In this document: in pieces, positions 52,003-62,830 of the stretch
Layout of the letters: every line of letters begins with the position of its first letter
Position numbering within the stretch: position 1 is the stretch's first letter
Assembly (NCBI GenBank): GCA_965197855.1
Contig: OZ240230.1
Coordinates: 64,153-128,152, forward strand
Source of the DNA: Bdellovibrionales bacterium
Lineage (GTDB): Bacteria > Bdellovibrionota > Bdellovibrionia > Bdellovibrionales > UBA1609
Reading direction: 5' to 3'
Length of the DNA stretch: 64,000 nucleotides
Program-made: the position numbers and the translations under genes
The notes under the pieces: generated by a model
The model's input: only the letters and a program-made list of their open reading frames with translations
The model's database searches: none
What the model was told of the DNA's origin: nothing

Positions 52003-55000
52003 TTAAAAATCCAATTGGTACTCAAATTCTAAGCCTAAAGTATTGGACTGATCTTGATTGAGTGTTTCTTTCTTCTCCCAAATGCCTAAAAAAGAAAAAG
52101 CCGGTGAAAGCATATATTCTACCTTAAAACTATCATAATCTCTTTCTACAGAGCCTATATAAGAAGTATTCATCTTTTCAAACCATCGTTTGTGGATGCC
52201 AATTTTATTTGAAGGTTTATTACGGCTTATACTCATATAAGGGGTAAAGGAAAGTCTTAGACCTAATGATTTATTTAATTCACGTCCAAAAATATCTTGA
52301 AATAAAACAGCTCCAATTTGAGCATAGGAGTATCTTGCCACTTGTCCTTGAGCAATTTGAGCAGGGGAGAACCCTGAGGAATCTCCAATGGAACGAGCTC
52401 CAAGTGCCATCATAGATAAAATATCTGATTCAGACAAAGCGGGTTGACTGCTGAGTTCAAACTGAAAATTACTGGGAGTGCCAGTAATATCTGCTGTAAT
52501 GTTATATTGGCTCTTAGTTTCTCTTTCATTATCATATCGGGTTTCTTCAAACTGAGTGGTTCCAATGATTTGTAGTTGAGGTTCAAAAATAGACTGGGAG
52601 GTATAGTTTAAACGACCAGATGTAATCTCAAAATCATAATCTCTAATATAAAATTTTCCTCCTGGTATAAAAGTGATTTGCCCGGAAACACTGGGATTTA
52701 AGAAATCTCCATTGAGGTGGAAAGACCCTGTTAGTAGCGAGGAGAATAATGTATTTTCAACAGGGAAGGGGTTGTCAAACTGCACTCTTAAATCCCAGTA
52801 AAAAGGATAGAGAGCATCCTCACTAGCTTCTAATAATGCAATATCTTTTTGATCCTCTGTAGAGTCAAATTCCTGTTTAAAAGATCCTGTTCTGATATTG
52901 AAAATACCTGACAACGTATAGGGGATTTTATCCCCATATATTTTAACGGATCCATAACCCACTCCATGAATTTTATCAGAAAGATAAACAGCTACTTTAT
53001 CATTAAGTTGAGCTGAAATATCTAAAGGAAGAAGATTTGGTTCAGAAAAATCAATGAGACCGACTGCTTCAACACTTCCTCCTAAAGGGGTTAATGCTGT
53101 TAATTGATCAATTCGCATCACTTGAGATTTTAAAGTGCCGCTTAAGTTAATAGATTGAAATGGATTGATGTGACTGCTAATATTTATTATGCCATTTTCT
53201 ATTTGAATATCCCCTTCAGGGGAGAAATTATTTAAATCGTTTCTTATTTTTAAATCAGCTTGTAAATCTCCTCTGATGTTTTTCACTTCCGGGAAAATTA
53301 AGTTGAAGATTTCCATTCCCATAATACCGGATAATTGGCTGTAATTTGAGTTTGTTTTAGTTAAAGTCATTTCATTGTCATTAGTTTTCCACTTTAAAGA
53401 GGAGCCTCGAAAAGAAAACTTTCCTTTATTAAATTCTACATAAATAGGATCTGAGTGACTGGATTGGTTTAAGCCGTATTGAATATTTATTTCTTTTATA
53501 TCCGCAAAACCTGAAGGTTTTTTTAAATCATTTGAGAAATGCAATGAAGCTTCTCCTGTTAATTTAGAAACAATCAATGATGGAGATGTTTTTCTTGTTA
53601 ATTGGATAAAATCCCAATCTTTGGCTACTGCGGTTAAAGATACATTTTGTCGATTCGGAGAAAATTTAAAGTTACGAATTAATAAACTGTTTTCAAAAAA
53701 ATCTCCTTCACCTCTAATTTGAGAAGGAGTTAATTGAGCTGTAAATTTTGCTAATTTTTTTTGAGCAGGGGACATAATAGAGCCGAAGAGATCTCCTTTT
53801 GGATCTGTAAGGAAACCTGTAACACCTAGTTGAAAATCTAATATTCCTAATAAATTCATCCAGCGATTAAAAATTTCTGATTTTTCTATTGGTATATTAG
53901 AACCTGTGATTTTTACATTGAGAGAGTTAGAGGTATTTAAAGTGCCGGTTGCTTGAATGGATGAATTTTTAGTTTTTTCTGCCACAGCTTTTGTAATACG
54001 CACCAACCCATTTTTTGATGAAATATTTACAGTCAAGTTTCTAAAGAATTCATCGTAAATTTTTACATTTTGAAATTGTGAGATGACTTTATAATTAAGA
54101 CGTTGAAAAGGACTGTCTATGGACAGTGTAGCTTTTCCTTTTCCAACAAAATTAAGAGGGGCGGGGATAACATCTTTTACGGATACAGACAAATCTTCCA
54201 GGAACAATGGAGCAAGTTGAGTTTGTGCTTGAATTTTTTCTTTTTCAAACAGGATATGTACATGCCCTTTATATTTGCTTTCTCCTAATTTTGCTGTAAT
54301 TTTATTCAAATAAAGACCTTGATTAGTTAATTTTAAATTTGTTTTTACGTTTCCAAACAAATATTGAGAAAAGTATAGATTTTTTGAATCCAGTTCAGAA
54401 TCAATAGAGATACTATTGTTTGATAAAACCATTTCTCCTTTCCACTGTGAGGCTAGCCCTTGTAAATTAAAACCATAAACATGTTGAACATGATCAAAAT
54501 TCATCGGGCCATCAAACAAGATTTTAATTTGATGGTTGTCAATAGATCCTTCAAAAGCGATTTTGGAATCTAGAATAGATCCGAGTGTGATGTTTCCTTT
54601 TAAAGTAGATTTATCCGGCGTCCACATAAAATCTGAAACTATTTGGCCGCTTTTCACTGCAAAAATATGAGGATCCTCTAAAGATTCTGAGTTCATATAT
54701 ATATCTTGCATATTTACCCGCATAGAACAGTCGAGTTGCAGTTTAGACCAATTCCCTGTGCAGTCTGATTGAAGTTGTCCTTGAAATTGGATAGAGCTAT
54801 TCCAGCCTAAAAGATGTTCAACAGAACTGAAGTCTTCAATGGAGGAATAGTTTTTTAATTTGAAATTTTTATTTTTATTCAAAGAAATTTGTGTATTTTC
54901 AAAGTAACTTGTAAATTCTTTTTCTTTTTCAAAGTGAGCCATTTCTAATTTTATAAGTTTATTTTCAAAACTTCCTTTTATTTTTATTTGAGAAAAATTA

Positions 55001-55851
55001 ATATGTTCCCATATAAAATTTTTTGAAAAAAGTTCAAAAGGCCCCGTAAAACCTTTTTGATTTGAGTATTTAAATTGAGATTTTATATTAAAAAATCCTT
55101 GGATTGGAAAAGGATCCATCCAAATCTCCGTCCACGCATTTAAGTCATTGGCATCAAAGTCAGATTGTATATCAAGAAATAGTTCTTGGATTTTTGTGGT
55201 TCCAACTATTTTTCCTGATAAGGATAGCTGAGATATATTATTGTTGATTTGTAATGATATGATATCAGTTTGGTTTTTCTTTAAATATAAATGACTTTGG
55301 AAAGAAAAGGGGGACTTTTTCAATATAGGTTGGGATTTTATTTTCATGTATAAAGAGTCTCTGTGTTTTCGTAATTGAATATCAGTTTGTGGAGCTGAGA
55401 TAGTTTTTCTAGGGCTGATGAGACTTAAATGGGCGGATTTCAGAGTTACTTTATTGAGAGGAAGAGATTCAAATAGTTCAAACAAGTCTTTATTAGAGTC
55501 TTGGGATAAATTTATCTGGTATTTAAAACCAGTAATTGTAATATTTAATATGAGAGATTGCTTAATAAAAGAAGCCCATGGAGCCACTTGAACAGTGAGT
55601 TTTTTAGGAGTTATTTCCTGTTGGATAGCTGTTGTTTGGCGCTTAGGTTGAATAAGCACATTTGTGAAATGAACCTTAAGGGCCGCACTATTGACAGTCA
55701 TAGATTCCCATTGAAAAACTACATTTTTTTGAATTTCTTGAATTCGACTTAAACTCTGTTGAGTCATCCAGTCATTCATCCATATATTCCATCTCCAAAC
55801 ACCTAGTCCGACAATTATAAAAAGAGCAATCCAATAATAATACTTTTTCAT
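52003..55851 (-). CDS. tamB: TamB-like translocation and assembly module protein (AsmA/TamB family)
   Basis: 1282 aa with a single N-terminal anchor (YYWIALFIIVGLGVW) and a long beta-rich repetitive body. The C-terminal region has a DUF490-like character and ends in GLEFEYQLDF. The gene is adjacent to the Omp85 gene. Confidence 0.7.
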   Translation of the reverse strand: MKKYYYWIALFIIVGLGVWRWNIWMNDWMTQQSLSRIQEIQKNVVFQWESMTVNSAALKVHFTNVLIQPKRQTTAIQQEITPKKLTVQVAPWASFIKQSLILNITITGFKYQINLSQDSNKDLFELFESLPLNKVTLKSAHLSLISPRKTISAPQTDIQLRKHRDSLYMKIKSQPILKKSPFSFQSHLYLKKNQTDIISLQINNNISQLSLSGKIVGTTKIQELFLDIQSDFDANDLNAWTEIWMDPFPIQGFFNIKSQFKYSNQKGFTGPFELFSKNFIWEHINFSQIKIKGSFENKLIKLEMAHFEKEKEFTSYFENTQISLNKNKNFKLKNYSSIEDFSSVEHLLGWNSSIQFQGQLQSDCTGNWSKLQLDCSMRVNMQDIYMNSESLEDPHIFAVKSGQIVSDFMWTPDKSTLKGNITLGSILDSKIAFEGSIDNHQIKILFDGPMNFDHVQHVYGFNLQGLASQWKGEMVLSNNSISIDSELDSKNLYFSQYLFGNVKTNLKLTNQGLYLNKITAKLGESKYKGHVHILFEKEKIQAQTQLAPLFLEDLSVSVKDVIPAPLNFVGKGKATLSIDSPFQRLNYKVISQFQNVKIYDEFFRNLTVNISSKNGLVRITKAVAEKTKNSSIQATGTLNTSNSLNVKITGSNIPIEKSEIFNRWMNLLGILDFQLGVTGFLTDPKGDLFGSIMSPAQKKLAKFTAQLTPSQIRGEGDFFENSLLIRNFKFSPNRQNVSLTAVAKDWDFIQLTRKTSPSLIVSKLTGEASLHFSNDLKKPSGFADIKEINIQYGLNQSSHSDPIYVEFNKGKFSFRGSSLKWKTNDNEMTLTKTNSNYSQLSGIMGMEIFNLIFPEVKNIRGDLQADLKIRNDLNNFSPEGDIQIENGIINISSHINPFQSINLSGTLKSQVMRIDQLTALTPLGGSVEAVGLIDFSEPNLLPLDISAQLNDKVAVYLSDKIHGVGYGSVKIYGDKIPYTLSGIFNIRTGSFKQEFDSTEDQKDIALLEASEDALYPFYWDLRVQFDNPFPVENTLFSSLLTGSFHLNGDFLNPSVSGQITFIPGGKFYIRDYDFEITSGRLNYTSQSIFEPQLQIIGTTQFEETRYDNERETKSQYNITADITGTPSNFQFELSSQPALSESDILSMMALGARSIGDSSGFSPAQIAQGQVARYSYAQIGAVLFQDIFGRELNKSLGLRLSFTPYMSISRNKPSNKIGIHKRWFEKMNTSYIGSVERDYDSFKVEYMLSPAFSFLGIWEKKETLNQDQSNTLGLEFEYQLDF

Positions 55852-56858
55852 AGCTCTTCCTCAGATTTCCATTGGGATAGAAGTGTTTTAGCAGATCGAT
55901 ATTGGGGGCGAAGTAAAACCAGATCGTTAAGTATGGTTTTTGCTTTATCGTATTCCTTTAAACCATAATAGGCTTGCGCTTTAGCGTAGTTCAAAGCAAA
56001 GGCAGTGTCTGAATTAGGATTTGTTTGTAAGAATGTGTGTTCTACAAAATTTAAACATTTAAAACATTGGTTATCTTCTAATAACAAGTCCAAATAAATC
56101 CATTTTCTGTCATCAGTATCCAAGTGGTTTTCCAAAAATTCTATCGCCAAATGAGTATGACCGGTAGAAGATAAAATAATAACCATATCATCTATGAGTT
56201 TTGGAGAGTGTTTTTTGGTCAATTGATTTAAACCTTTTACAAGGTTTTTAAGGATTTTGTCTTCTTCTATCGAGGTGTTCTTTTGAATAGCGTAAAAGGA
56301 ATCTTGATGAGCATTTTTGTATTCATTAAAGACATCTCTAGCTTGTTTGTATTGATACGTCTGCCAGTGCTGTTGAAATAAAGGATTTTTATTATCCATT
56401 TGAATTAAATCTTGGATCAACTCTCCTTCTTTTTTTAATAGGTTTTGAGATATTGCAATTTGTAGTTCTTTTTCAACATTGAGTTGAGGGTCTTGTCTAT
56501 AGCATTGCTCTAAATATTTATTACGAAGATTTATCAGTTCAGCAGAATCCAAACAATGACTATTAGAAATAAGAGAAGGGTCTTCTTGATGGTTTAAAAA
56601 TACTTGTGTGATCATTTCTGTATCAATATCCAGTTGATACTTTTTAATTAAGGCACATAAATAAGTCCATGGAATAGACAAGTCCTGTTCTAAACGTTCG
56701 ATTAAATATTTGAACAGGGTTTTATGAAGTCCAGCTGAAAACAAAAAAGTGCAATAATCAGTACAATGTTGAGTGTCTTTGAGTTTGTCGGCTATTTTCT
56801 GTAAGGAATAGCCTTTTAAAGCCAAGCTTGAAATAATGTTATCTAAAGCAGTTTGCAT
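55848..56858 (-). CDS. Hypothetical helical protein with a C-terminal TPR-like motif
   Basis: 336 aa. The C-terminus AKAQAYYGLKEYDKAKTILNDLVLLRPQYRSA is TPR-like. The stop overlaps the tamB start by 4 nt, so translational coupling is plausible. Confidence 0.5.
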   Translation of the reverse strand: MQTALDNIISSLALKGYSLQKIADKLKDTQHCTDYCTFLFSAGLHKTLFKYLIERLEQDLSIPWTYLCALIKKYQLDIDTEMITQVFLNHQEDPSLISNSHCLDSAELINLRNKYLEQCYRQDPQLNVEKELQIAISQNLLKKEGELIQDLIQMDNKNPLFQQHWQTYQYKQARDVFNEYKNAHQDSFYAIQKNTSIEEDKILKNLVKGLNQLTKKHSPKLIDDMVIILSSTGHTHLAIEFLENHLDTDDRKWIYLDLLLEDNQCFKCLNFVEHTFLQTNPNSDTAFALNYAKAQAYYGLKEYDKAKTILNDLVLLRPQYRSAKTLLSQWKSEEEL

Positions 56859-56907
56859 TCTACTTTTAAATTAACATAAGGAGACTGGAAATAAAAGTAC
56901 GGAGTTT

Positions 56908-57114
56908 TTAAGTGCTCTCAACTTTGGAGACAACCACTTGCCGTCCCTTATACCACCCGCAAGAAAGGCATAGTTTATGCGGCAGGACTGCGGCCTTACA
57001 ATTAGGACAAGTATTGAGAGTATATTTTCTAATTGCAAGATGAGATCGACGCATTCCTCTTTTAGAACGGCTAATCCTACTCTTTGGCACTGTGGACATA
57101 ATGAAACTCCTCAA
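56908..57114 (-). CDS. rpmF: 50S ribosomal protein L32
   Basis: STVPKSRISRSKRGMRRSH followed by the zinc-ribbon CPNC...CLSC. The probable true start is the ATG at 57099 (MSTVPKS). Confidence 0.85.
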   Translation of the reverse strand: MRSFIMSTVPKSRISRSKRGMRRSHLAIRKYTLNTCPNCKAAVLPHKLCLSCGWYKGRQVVVSKVEST

Positions 57115-57143
57115 ACTCAGCTAACTTATATAAAAGAGGGAGG

Positions 57144-58457
57144 TTAATCAAGCTGATTTTGAACGGATTCTTCTAAAAATACTCGTGTCCAATGAGAAGG
57201 GCTGATTAAATATTGAGGCCAATGAACGGAAGAAGGGGACCTTTCATCCTTATTTGATGGATGGCTTAATGTAACAATATCTTTAAAAATAGCTATTTCT
57301 GAAGACTCTTTGTCGCCTTCTGCATTTATTTGTCCAAGCATTTCGTCAGAATATTTAATAAGGCTTCCATCAACAGCTGTATTTGAATCTTCAGATCCCA
57401 AGGCCATGTAAAAATTAGCTCGTCCCCCTGTCTCACTTTTATCTTTTAAGTCAAATTTAAAATCTGTGGTTTTAGATAAATAACTAATAATGTCGGATGG
57501 CATATCTAATTTTTTATAGTGTTTTACTAAAACAGCCCCCCCTGTAAAGATAGGAGTGGATTGAGACGTCCCTGTCAAAAATCCACATCGACCTGAAGGT
57601 AAAGTAGAATAAATTTTTGTACCTGGAGCATGGGCTTTAATAAATTTTCCTCTATTTGAAAAATTAGAGTGTTTATCTGATCTGTCTGAAGCTCCTACAG
57701 CTAGAATATTCGGAAGTCCATAACTGGCAGGATAGTAGGGTTTTTCTTCAATATTTGATTTTTCATTTCCTCCAGCTGTCACTAATAAGATGTTTTTTTC
57801 TAAAGCCAGTTCGACAGCTTTTCTTTCTTCTTCATTAGCTTGAGGGCCTCCTCCAGAGAAATTAATAATATGGGCACCGTTTTGAATAGCATAATGAATG
57901 GAATTAATCGTATTTGTTAAATTTATTACACCAGAGGCCCCTGGAGAATAATATTTTAAAATCATCAGGCTGACCTGCGGAGCTACACCTGGTTTGCAAA
58001 CTTTTCCTTTTCCTCCAATGATACCGGCTACATGAGTTCCATGTCCGTGATAATCCATGACCACATTACTGTTATCAGCAAAGTTCCAGCCATGAATATC
58101 ATCAACAAAACCATTGCTATCATCGTCAATTCCTTTTTTCCCTTCTTTTTCTGCTTTATTAATCCAGAGGTTTTCTTTTAAATCCGAGTGTGATGTATCA
58201 ATTCCTGTATCTATAATTGCTACGATAATATCTTTATTGCCTTTGGAAATTTGCCAGGCTTTTTGAGTTTTTGTGATATTCAAGTGCCATTCCAGTTTTT
58301 CTGATTCCGGCAAAGCATAAGGACTGCCCAATTCCAAATTACGTTGTTTTTGGTTGATCTCTCGAGCCTCTTTTAAATGAGAGCAGGATACACTTAATAA
58401 CAAACTGAAATAGAGAAGATATTTAATCATCTTTGTAATAATCGGAAAGTTTATCAA
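57144..58457 (-). CDS. Secreted subtilisin-like serine protease (peptidase S8)
   Basis: Catalytic-triad motifs VAIIDTGID (Asp), HGTHVAGIIGG (His) and GTSQSTP (Ser), with a lipoprotein-like signal LLLSVSC-S. Confidence 0.9.
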   Translation of the reverse strand: MINFPIITKMIKYLLYFSLLLSVSCSHLKEAREINQKQRNLELGSPYALPESEKLEWHLNITKTQKAWQISKGNKDIIVAIIDTGIDTSHSDLKENLWINKAEKEGKKGIDDDSNGFVDDIHGWNFADNSNVVMDYHGHGTHVAGIIGGKGKVCKPGVAPQVSLMILKYYSPGASGVINLTNTINSIHYAIQNGAHIINFSGGGPQANEEERKAVELALEKNILLVTAGGNEKSNIEEKPYYPASYGLPNILAVGASDRSDKHSNFSNRGKFIKAHAPGTKIYSTLPSGRCGFLTGTSQSTPIFTGGAVLVKHYKKLDMPSDIISYLSKTTDFKFDLKDKSETGGRANFYMALGSEDSNTAVDGSLIKYSDEMLGQINAEGDKESSEIAIFKDIVTLSHPSNKDERSPSSVHWPQYLISPSHWTRVFLEESVQNQLD

Positions 58458-58559
58458 AAAATTGAGGAATTATAATACTTAAGTCCAGATTTTATTACAG
58501 ACTATCATCTTAAGAAAAAAGTCTTAAGACTTATGGATTAAACATCCGTTTAGAAAAAC

Positions 58560-60266
58560 ATGAAAAAATATAGCATATTGTTAATTATTGCCCTTTATGG
58601 TGCCTTTTCTCTTATCTCTTGTCAGCCAGTCAAGGGAGCCTTGTCTTCCAATGTTATGGATGTCCCATATGAAATTATGGATTCAGCTCCTCTTTTCTGT
58701 TCTACAGATTCTCAGGATTTTTATGAAAGTAGGGTGTTATTTGTTGTAGATCAAACTGCAAGTAATAAAAAGTCTGACCCTGAAAAAATAATACGTAAAA
58801 AAAGTATTCAAACCTTTATTGATCAAAATAAGAAAAATAATGTGTCGTATGGAATTATTGCTTTTTCAAATGAAGTTTTTAGTCCAATCACTTTGGAACA
58901 GGATGGGGTTTTAACTGATATCCCTACATTTACTTCTGATTCTGAAGTTATTGAAACATCTTTAACAGAAACTTTTTCCAGAAAAGATAAAGGAAGAGGA
59001 AATTATTCAAAGTTGTTAGGTAAAGTGTTACATGAAGTAAGAGAAGCTATCGATTTTGATACACGCATGACTCGAAATAAAGTGGTGGATTACCATATTG
59101 TTTTTATGTCTGATGGAAACCTTTCTGTGAGTGAAAGCACTCAAAAAGGATTCGTCAATGGGATTGACGAAATGACAGATATATTTGAACGTGTGCACAT
59201 TCATTCTATGTATTATGGGGATTATAATAATAAGGGCCCTGGTGTAACAAAAAGGTTGGAGCAAGGGGCAGGTGCGGCCTTTCAACTATGGGTGTTCTTT
59301 TCAACTGGGTTTCCGCTCTTCAACCCAATGTATGCTTCTCATAATCAAGATCCTTCTTTTTCATCATCACGGGACACAGACGATGTTCGTCGAATAAGAG
59401 AAATTTCAGAAGAGGGGCAAGGGCAATATATAGATCAAAATGAAAATTCAGGATGGGCTTTGGATCTTAGTCAACAGTGGAATACAAATTCTTTTATTGT
59501 ATATAATTTGAATGCTGGTTTCTGTTTGGATGGTTATATAGGTTTAGACTCTGATATGGATGGTCTTTGCGACCAAGATGAAATGAAGATAGATGCTTTT
59601 GATCCTGATAATCGATTTAGCTTTAATGATGGCTATGGAGATTATTTTCATTGGTTAGAATATATGCAACAAGAAAACCTCCCTCAATGTTTAAGTCGAG
59701 AAGATAAAGATCATGATTTACTCACTGATTGTGAAGAACAGTATATAAGTTCTATTGAGAGTGATTTTCCGCCCTTAAGTATAGATAATCCGGATTCAGA
59801 TGGAGATAGAATTTTAGATGGAATTGAAGTTTTGGTTTATTGGGCTAAAGATCATTTAGCCGCCAGGAACCCTTATAATTTAGATCAGGAATCTGAAGGT
59901 TTAAGTGATTATGACAAAATAGTAAAACATATTAGCCCTTTTGTTCCGGTAGAAGAGCAGACTGCTTATGATACGTTTTTAGTTCCTGTCAAAGGAGAAA
60001 ATGGCAGTTGTTATTCTTTGAGGCAAACAAAACTACCTCTTTACTCCACTCTATCTGTCGATAAAGATGACACATTAAGCCAAGTTTCACAAGCTCAAGG
60101 GGAAAATACCTTACTTGTTTATACGCTTAAAAGGAGAAAGGATTCTGATTCTTATATATATCAGTTCATGTATAGAAAGATTTATGAAGATTCTGGGAAA
60201 TTAAGCTTGCCAGTAGAAGGAGATTCTTTTCAATACCTGGCTTTTACAAATTCTTTGGGAAATTGA
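58560..60266 (+). CDS. Lipoprotein with a vWA-like N-terminal domain and thrombospondin-type-3-like Ca-binding Asp-rich repeats
   Basis: Lipobox FSLISC-Q. VLFVVDQTASN resembles a MIDAS DxSxS variant. The D-rich loops DSDMDGLCDQDE, DKDHDLLTDCEE and NPDSDGDRILDGIE resemble TSP3/calcium-binding repeats. Confidence 0.5.
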   Translation: MKKYSILLIIALYGAFSLISCQPVKGALSSNVMDVPYEIMDSAPLFCSTDSQDFYESRVLFVVDQTASNKKSDPEKIIRKKSIQTFIDQNKKNNVSYGIIAFSNEVFSPITLEQDGVLTDIPTFTSDSEVIETSLTETFSRKDKGRGNYSKLLGKVLHEVREAIDFDTRMTRNKVVDYHIVFMSDGNLSVSESTQKGFVNGIDEMTDIFERVHIHSMYYGDYNNKGPGVTKRLEQGAGAAFQLWVFFSTGFPLFNPMYASHNQDPSFSSSRDTDDVRRIREISEEGQGQYIDQNENSGWALDLSQQWNTNSFIVYNLNAGFCLDGYIGLDSDMDGLCDQDEMKIDAFDPDNRFSFNDGYGDYFHWLEYMQQENLPQCLSREDKDHDLLTDCEEQYISSIESDFPPLSIDNPDSDGDRILDGIEVLVYWAKDHLAARNPYNLDQESEGLSDYDKIVKHISPFVPVEEQTAYDTFLVPVKGENGSCYSLRQTKLPLYSTLSVDKDDTLSQVSQAQGENTLLVYTLKRRKDSDSYIYQFMYRKIYEDSGKLSLPVEGDSFQYLAFTNSLGN

Positions 60267-60365
60267 TCTTTCCAAGCCTTTTTTATCAAAAATAATCATA
60301 CTTTAGATTGACCATTTCAATAATTACTTTTATTTTACAAATAGACTTCAATGGAATTTTAGATC

Positions 60366-60668
60366 ATGGCTTTGGAATCTCATTCATTAAAAATATACGA
60401 TGTTCAAATTGGAGGATACTCTCTCAGGCTAAAGGCCAGTCAGGAAACAGATCAAGTGGAACGACTTATTCAAACTGTTGAAAAAAGAGTGCAGGAATCC
60501 TTAAAAAGCAATAAGAACATTTCTATGCAAAAAGCTTTGATTTTATCTTGTCTTAATCTTGCTGAAGATCATTTTGCTCTCAAAGAGCAAACACTTCAGG
60601 AAATAAATCATCTAGAATCCAAACTCCAATCGATTGTTGCTCTGTTGAAGTCTGAACAAAAAGCCTAA
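60366..60668 (+). CDS. zapA: Cell division protein ZapA
   Basis: 100 aa, with the beginning V.IGG..Y.L and then a coiled-coil tail. It lies directly upstream of the 5-formyl-THF cyclo-ligase gene, the conserved zapA-(ssrS)-ygfA neighbourhood. Confidence 0.65.
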   Translation: MALESHSLKIYDVQIGGYSLRLKASQETDQVERLIQTVEKRVQESLKSNKNISMQKALILSCLNLAEDHFALKEQTLQEINHLESKLQSIVALLKSEQKA

Positions 60669-60725
60669 GAAAATCCAAAGGATTTTGTAGGGCTTTTAAA
60701 GACGAACAAACAGAGAGGTCTGATT

Positions 60726-61250
60726 TTGGAAAAAGTTATATTTAGAAAACATTTTAAAAACCACTGTAATAACTTTATTTTAAACAATAATATTCAAGCA
60801 TTATCAAAAGAAGTACAGGCTTTGCTCCAAGCTTTGAATTGGTCGAAGTTTCAAACAGTGGCTGTATATCGCCCCTTTAAGGATGAGGTTTCGCTTTCTG
60901 ATTTACAAAAAGAATACCCTCAGATTCAATGGCTGTATCCTCAAAAGAATCCGGGTTTTTCCGAGGAATCTAATGATTCCACTCACCCCATAGAGGAGAT
61001 TGATTTATTTTTAGTGCCTGGTGTGACTTTTGATCACCAACTCCGCAGGCTGGGACGTGGTTTAGGTTTTTATGACAAAGTCTTATCTCAAGTCAATAAA
61101 GCATTAAAAATTGGAGTCTCCTGGAGTGTTCAAATAAGTTCAGAACCTTTGCCGGAAGAAGAGCATGATATTCGTATGGATGCCTGTGTAAATGAAAAGT
61201 TTTTATTATGTTCTCCTCATTTTTTTAAAAAATATAGAAAGGATTTATAA
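60726..61250 (+). CDS. 5-formyltetrahydrofolate cyclo-ligase
   Basis: 174 aa with the family motif DLFLVPGVTFDHQLRRLGRGLGFYDK (LVP..AFD..G.RLG.G.G.YD). Confidence 0.8.
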   Translation: MEKVIFRKHFKNHCNNFILNNNIQALSKEVQALLQALNWSKFQTVAVYRPFKDEVSLSDLQKEYPQIQWLYPQKNPGFSEESNDSTHPIEEIDLFLVPGVTFDHQLRRLGRGLGFYDKVLSQVNKALKIGVSWSVQISSEPLPEEEHDIRMDACVNEKFLLCSPHFFKKYRKDL

Positions 61251-62828
61251 ATGGATTATACGTCTTTAGCTTTACTAGTAGCTTTATTTACAGGTGGATT
61301 TGTTGGAAGCGGTGTTTTTCTGATCTATCAACTTCTATTCAATAAACAACGTGAAAAAAAGTTAGAGAAGGAAACATCCCGTATTTTAAACAAAGCACAA
61401 TCAGAAGCTTATCGTATTGAGAAAAAGGCGGAAATTAAGGCACAAGACTGGCTTATTAAAATGAAAAAACAACTTGAGGAGGAACAAACTGAAACTTTAA
61501 AGAAACTACATGCTGAAAATGAAAGACTTCAATTAAGACAGACAAAACAAGAGCATGAGTTTTTAAAGCAAAAAGAGAGTTTAAAGGAACAAGAACAAGA
61601 ATTAGAGTTAGAAAAAACTAAATTGGAACAAAGGAAAACTCACCTTAAAGGTCTTGAAAAACAAAAAGAAGGTCAGTTGAATGAACTAAGATCTTTATTA
61701 GAAAATACCTCTCAATTGTCTCAAGAAGATGCTAAACAAGAATTAATGAGGCTGATTGAAGAAGACGTCAAAGTAAGCATTGCTCCTAAGTTAAAACAAA
61801 TTGAAGACCAATTGAAACAAGATAGTGAAATGAAATCTAAAAATATTTTAGCTCGAACTATTGCTCGTCATGCTTCTGCTGTGACGACTGAAAAAACAAC
61901 CACTGTTCTGACTTTATCAGGGGATGAGGTTAAAGGTAAAATTATTGGAAGAGAGGGCAGAAATATTCGAGCTATTGAAAATTCGTGTGGAGTGGATGTT
62001 CTTATTGAAGAAGGGCAGGGGGGTATTATACTTTCATGTTTTGACCCTGTTCGAAGAGAAATTGCAAAAACAGCTATTCATCGACTGATTAAGGATGGAC
62101 GAGTGCACCCATCCCGTATTGAAGAAGTTGTAGAAAAGGTTAAAACTGAGATTTCTAAAACTATGCAGGAAGTAGGTGAAAAAACCTGCTTTGAACTTAA
62201 TTTACATGATGTGCATCCACAAATAATTAAAACTTTAGGCGAATTACATTTTAAGACTATTAATGGGAGAAATGCTTTGAAGGTTTCAGTAGATCTCGCT
62301 TTATTGGCTGGACATATTATGTCTGAACTAGGGGAAGATGAAAAAAGAGCTAAAAGAGCGGCCCTCTTGCATTGTATTGGTTTGAATGTGGATCATAAGG
62401 TAGAAGGAAGTTATGCAGAAGTAGGTGCAGATTTTGCAAAGAAATATAGGGAAAAACCGGATATTGTACATGCTATTTTATGCCATAATTCTACAGCTCC
62501 TGCTGAAACAATTTTGGACCATGTGATGCAAGCCAGTTTTAATCTTTATCAATCTATACCAAATGTTAAAAGTTCTAACATTGAAAGTTTTATCAGTCGT
62601 ATGAAAAATGTAGAATCAATTGCCAATAGTTTTGCTGGTGTGATTCGAAGTTATGCGATACGTGCAGGAAAGGAAGTGCGTGTTCTAGTAGACAGCTCTC
62701 AAGTGACTGATGATCAAAGTCTTATGCTTTGCTCTGATATAGTTAAGAAATTAGAGAGAGAAATTCACTCTCATCAAATTAAAGTCAGTGTCATTCGGGA
62801 ATCCAGAATTATTGAACATGCGAGATAA
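61251..62828 (+). CDS. rny: Ribonuclease Y
   Basis: 525 aa with an N-terminal TM helix, a long K/E coiled coil, a KH domain ([15 protein letters not shown]) and an HD domain (HSxxVA-like LALLAGHI...ALLHCIG). Confidence 0.9.
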   Translation: MDYTSLALLVALFTGGFVGSGVFLIYQLLFNKQREKKLEKETSRILNKAQSEAYRIEKKAEIKAQDWLIKMKKQLEEEQTETLKKLHAENERLQLRQTKQEHEFLKQKESLKEQEQELELEKTKLEQRKTHLKGLEKQKEGQLNELRSLLENTSQLSQEDAKQELMRLIEEDVKVSIAPKLKQIEDQLKQDSEMKSKNILARTIARHASAVTTEKTTTVLTLSGDEVKGKIIGREGRNIRAIENSCGVDVLIEEGQGGIILSCFDPVRREIAKTAIHRLIKDGRVHPSRIEEVVEKVKTEISKTMQEVGEKTCFELNLHDVHPQIIKTLGELHFKTINGRNALKVSVDLALLAGHIMSELGEDEKRAKRAALLHCIGLNVDHKVEGSYAEVGADFAKKYREKPDIVHAILCHNSTAPAETILDHVMQASFNLYQSIPNVKSSNIESFISRMKNVESIANSFAGVIRSYAIRAGKEVRVLVDSSQVTDDQSLMLCSDIVKKLEREIHSHQIKVSVIRESRIIEHAR

Positions 62829-62830
62829 AT

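Noticed and set aside
60669-60725. 6S RNA (ssrS), expected between zapA and the 5-formyl-THF cyclo-ligase gene by analogy with E. coli
   Set aside because: The intergenic gap is only 57 nt, far too short for an RNA of about 180 nt. The 99-nt region upstream of zapA is AT-rich with no long imperfect duplex.
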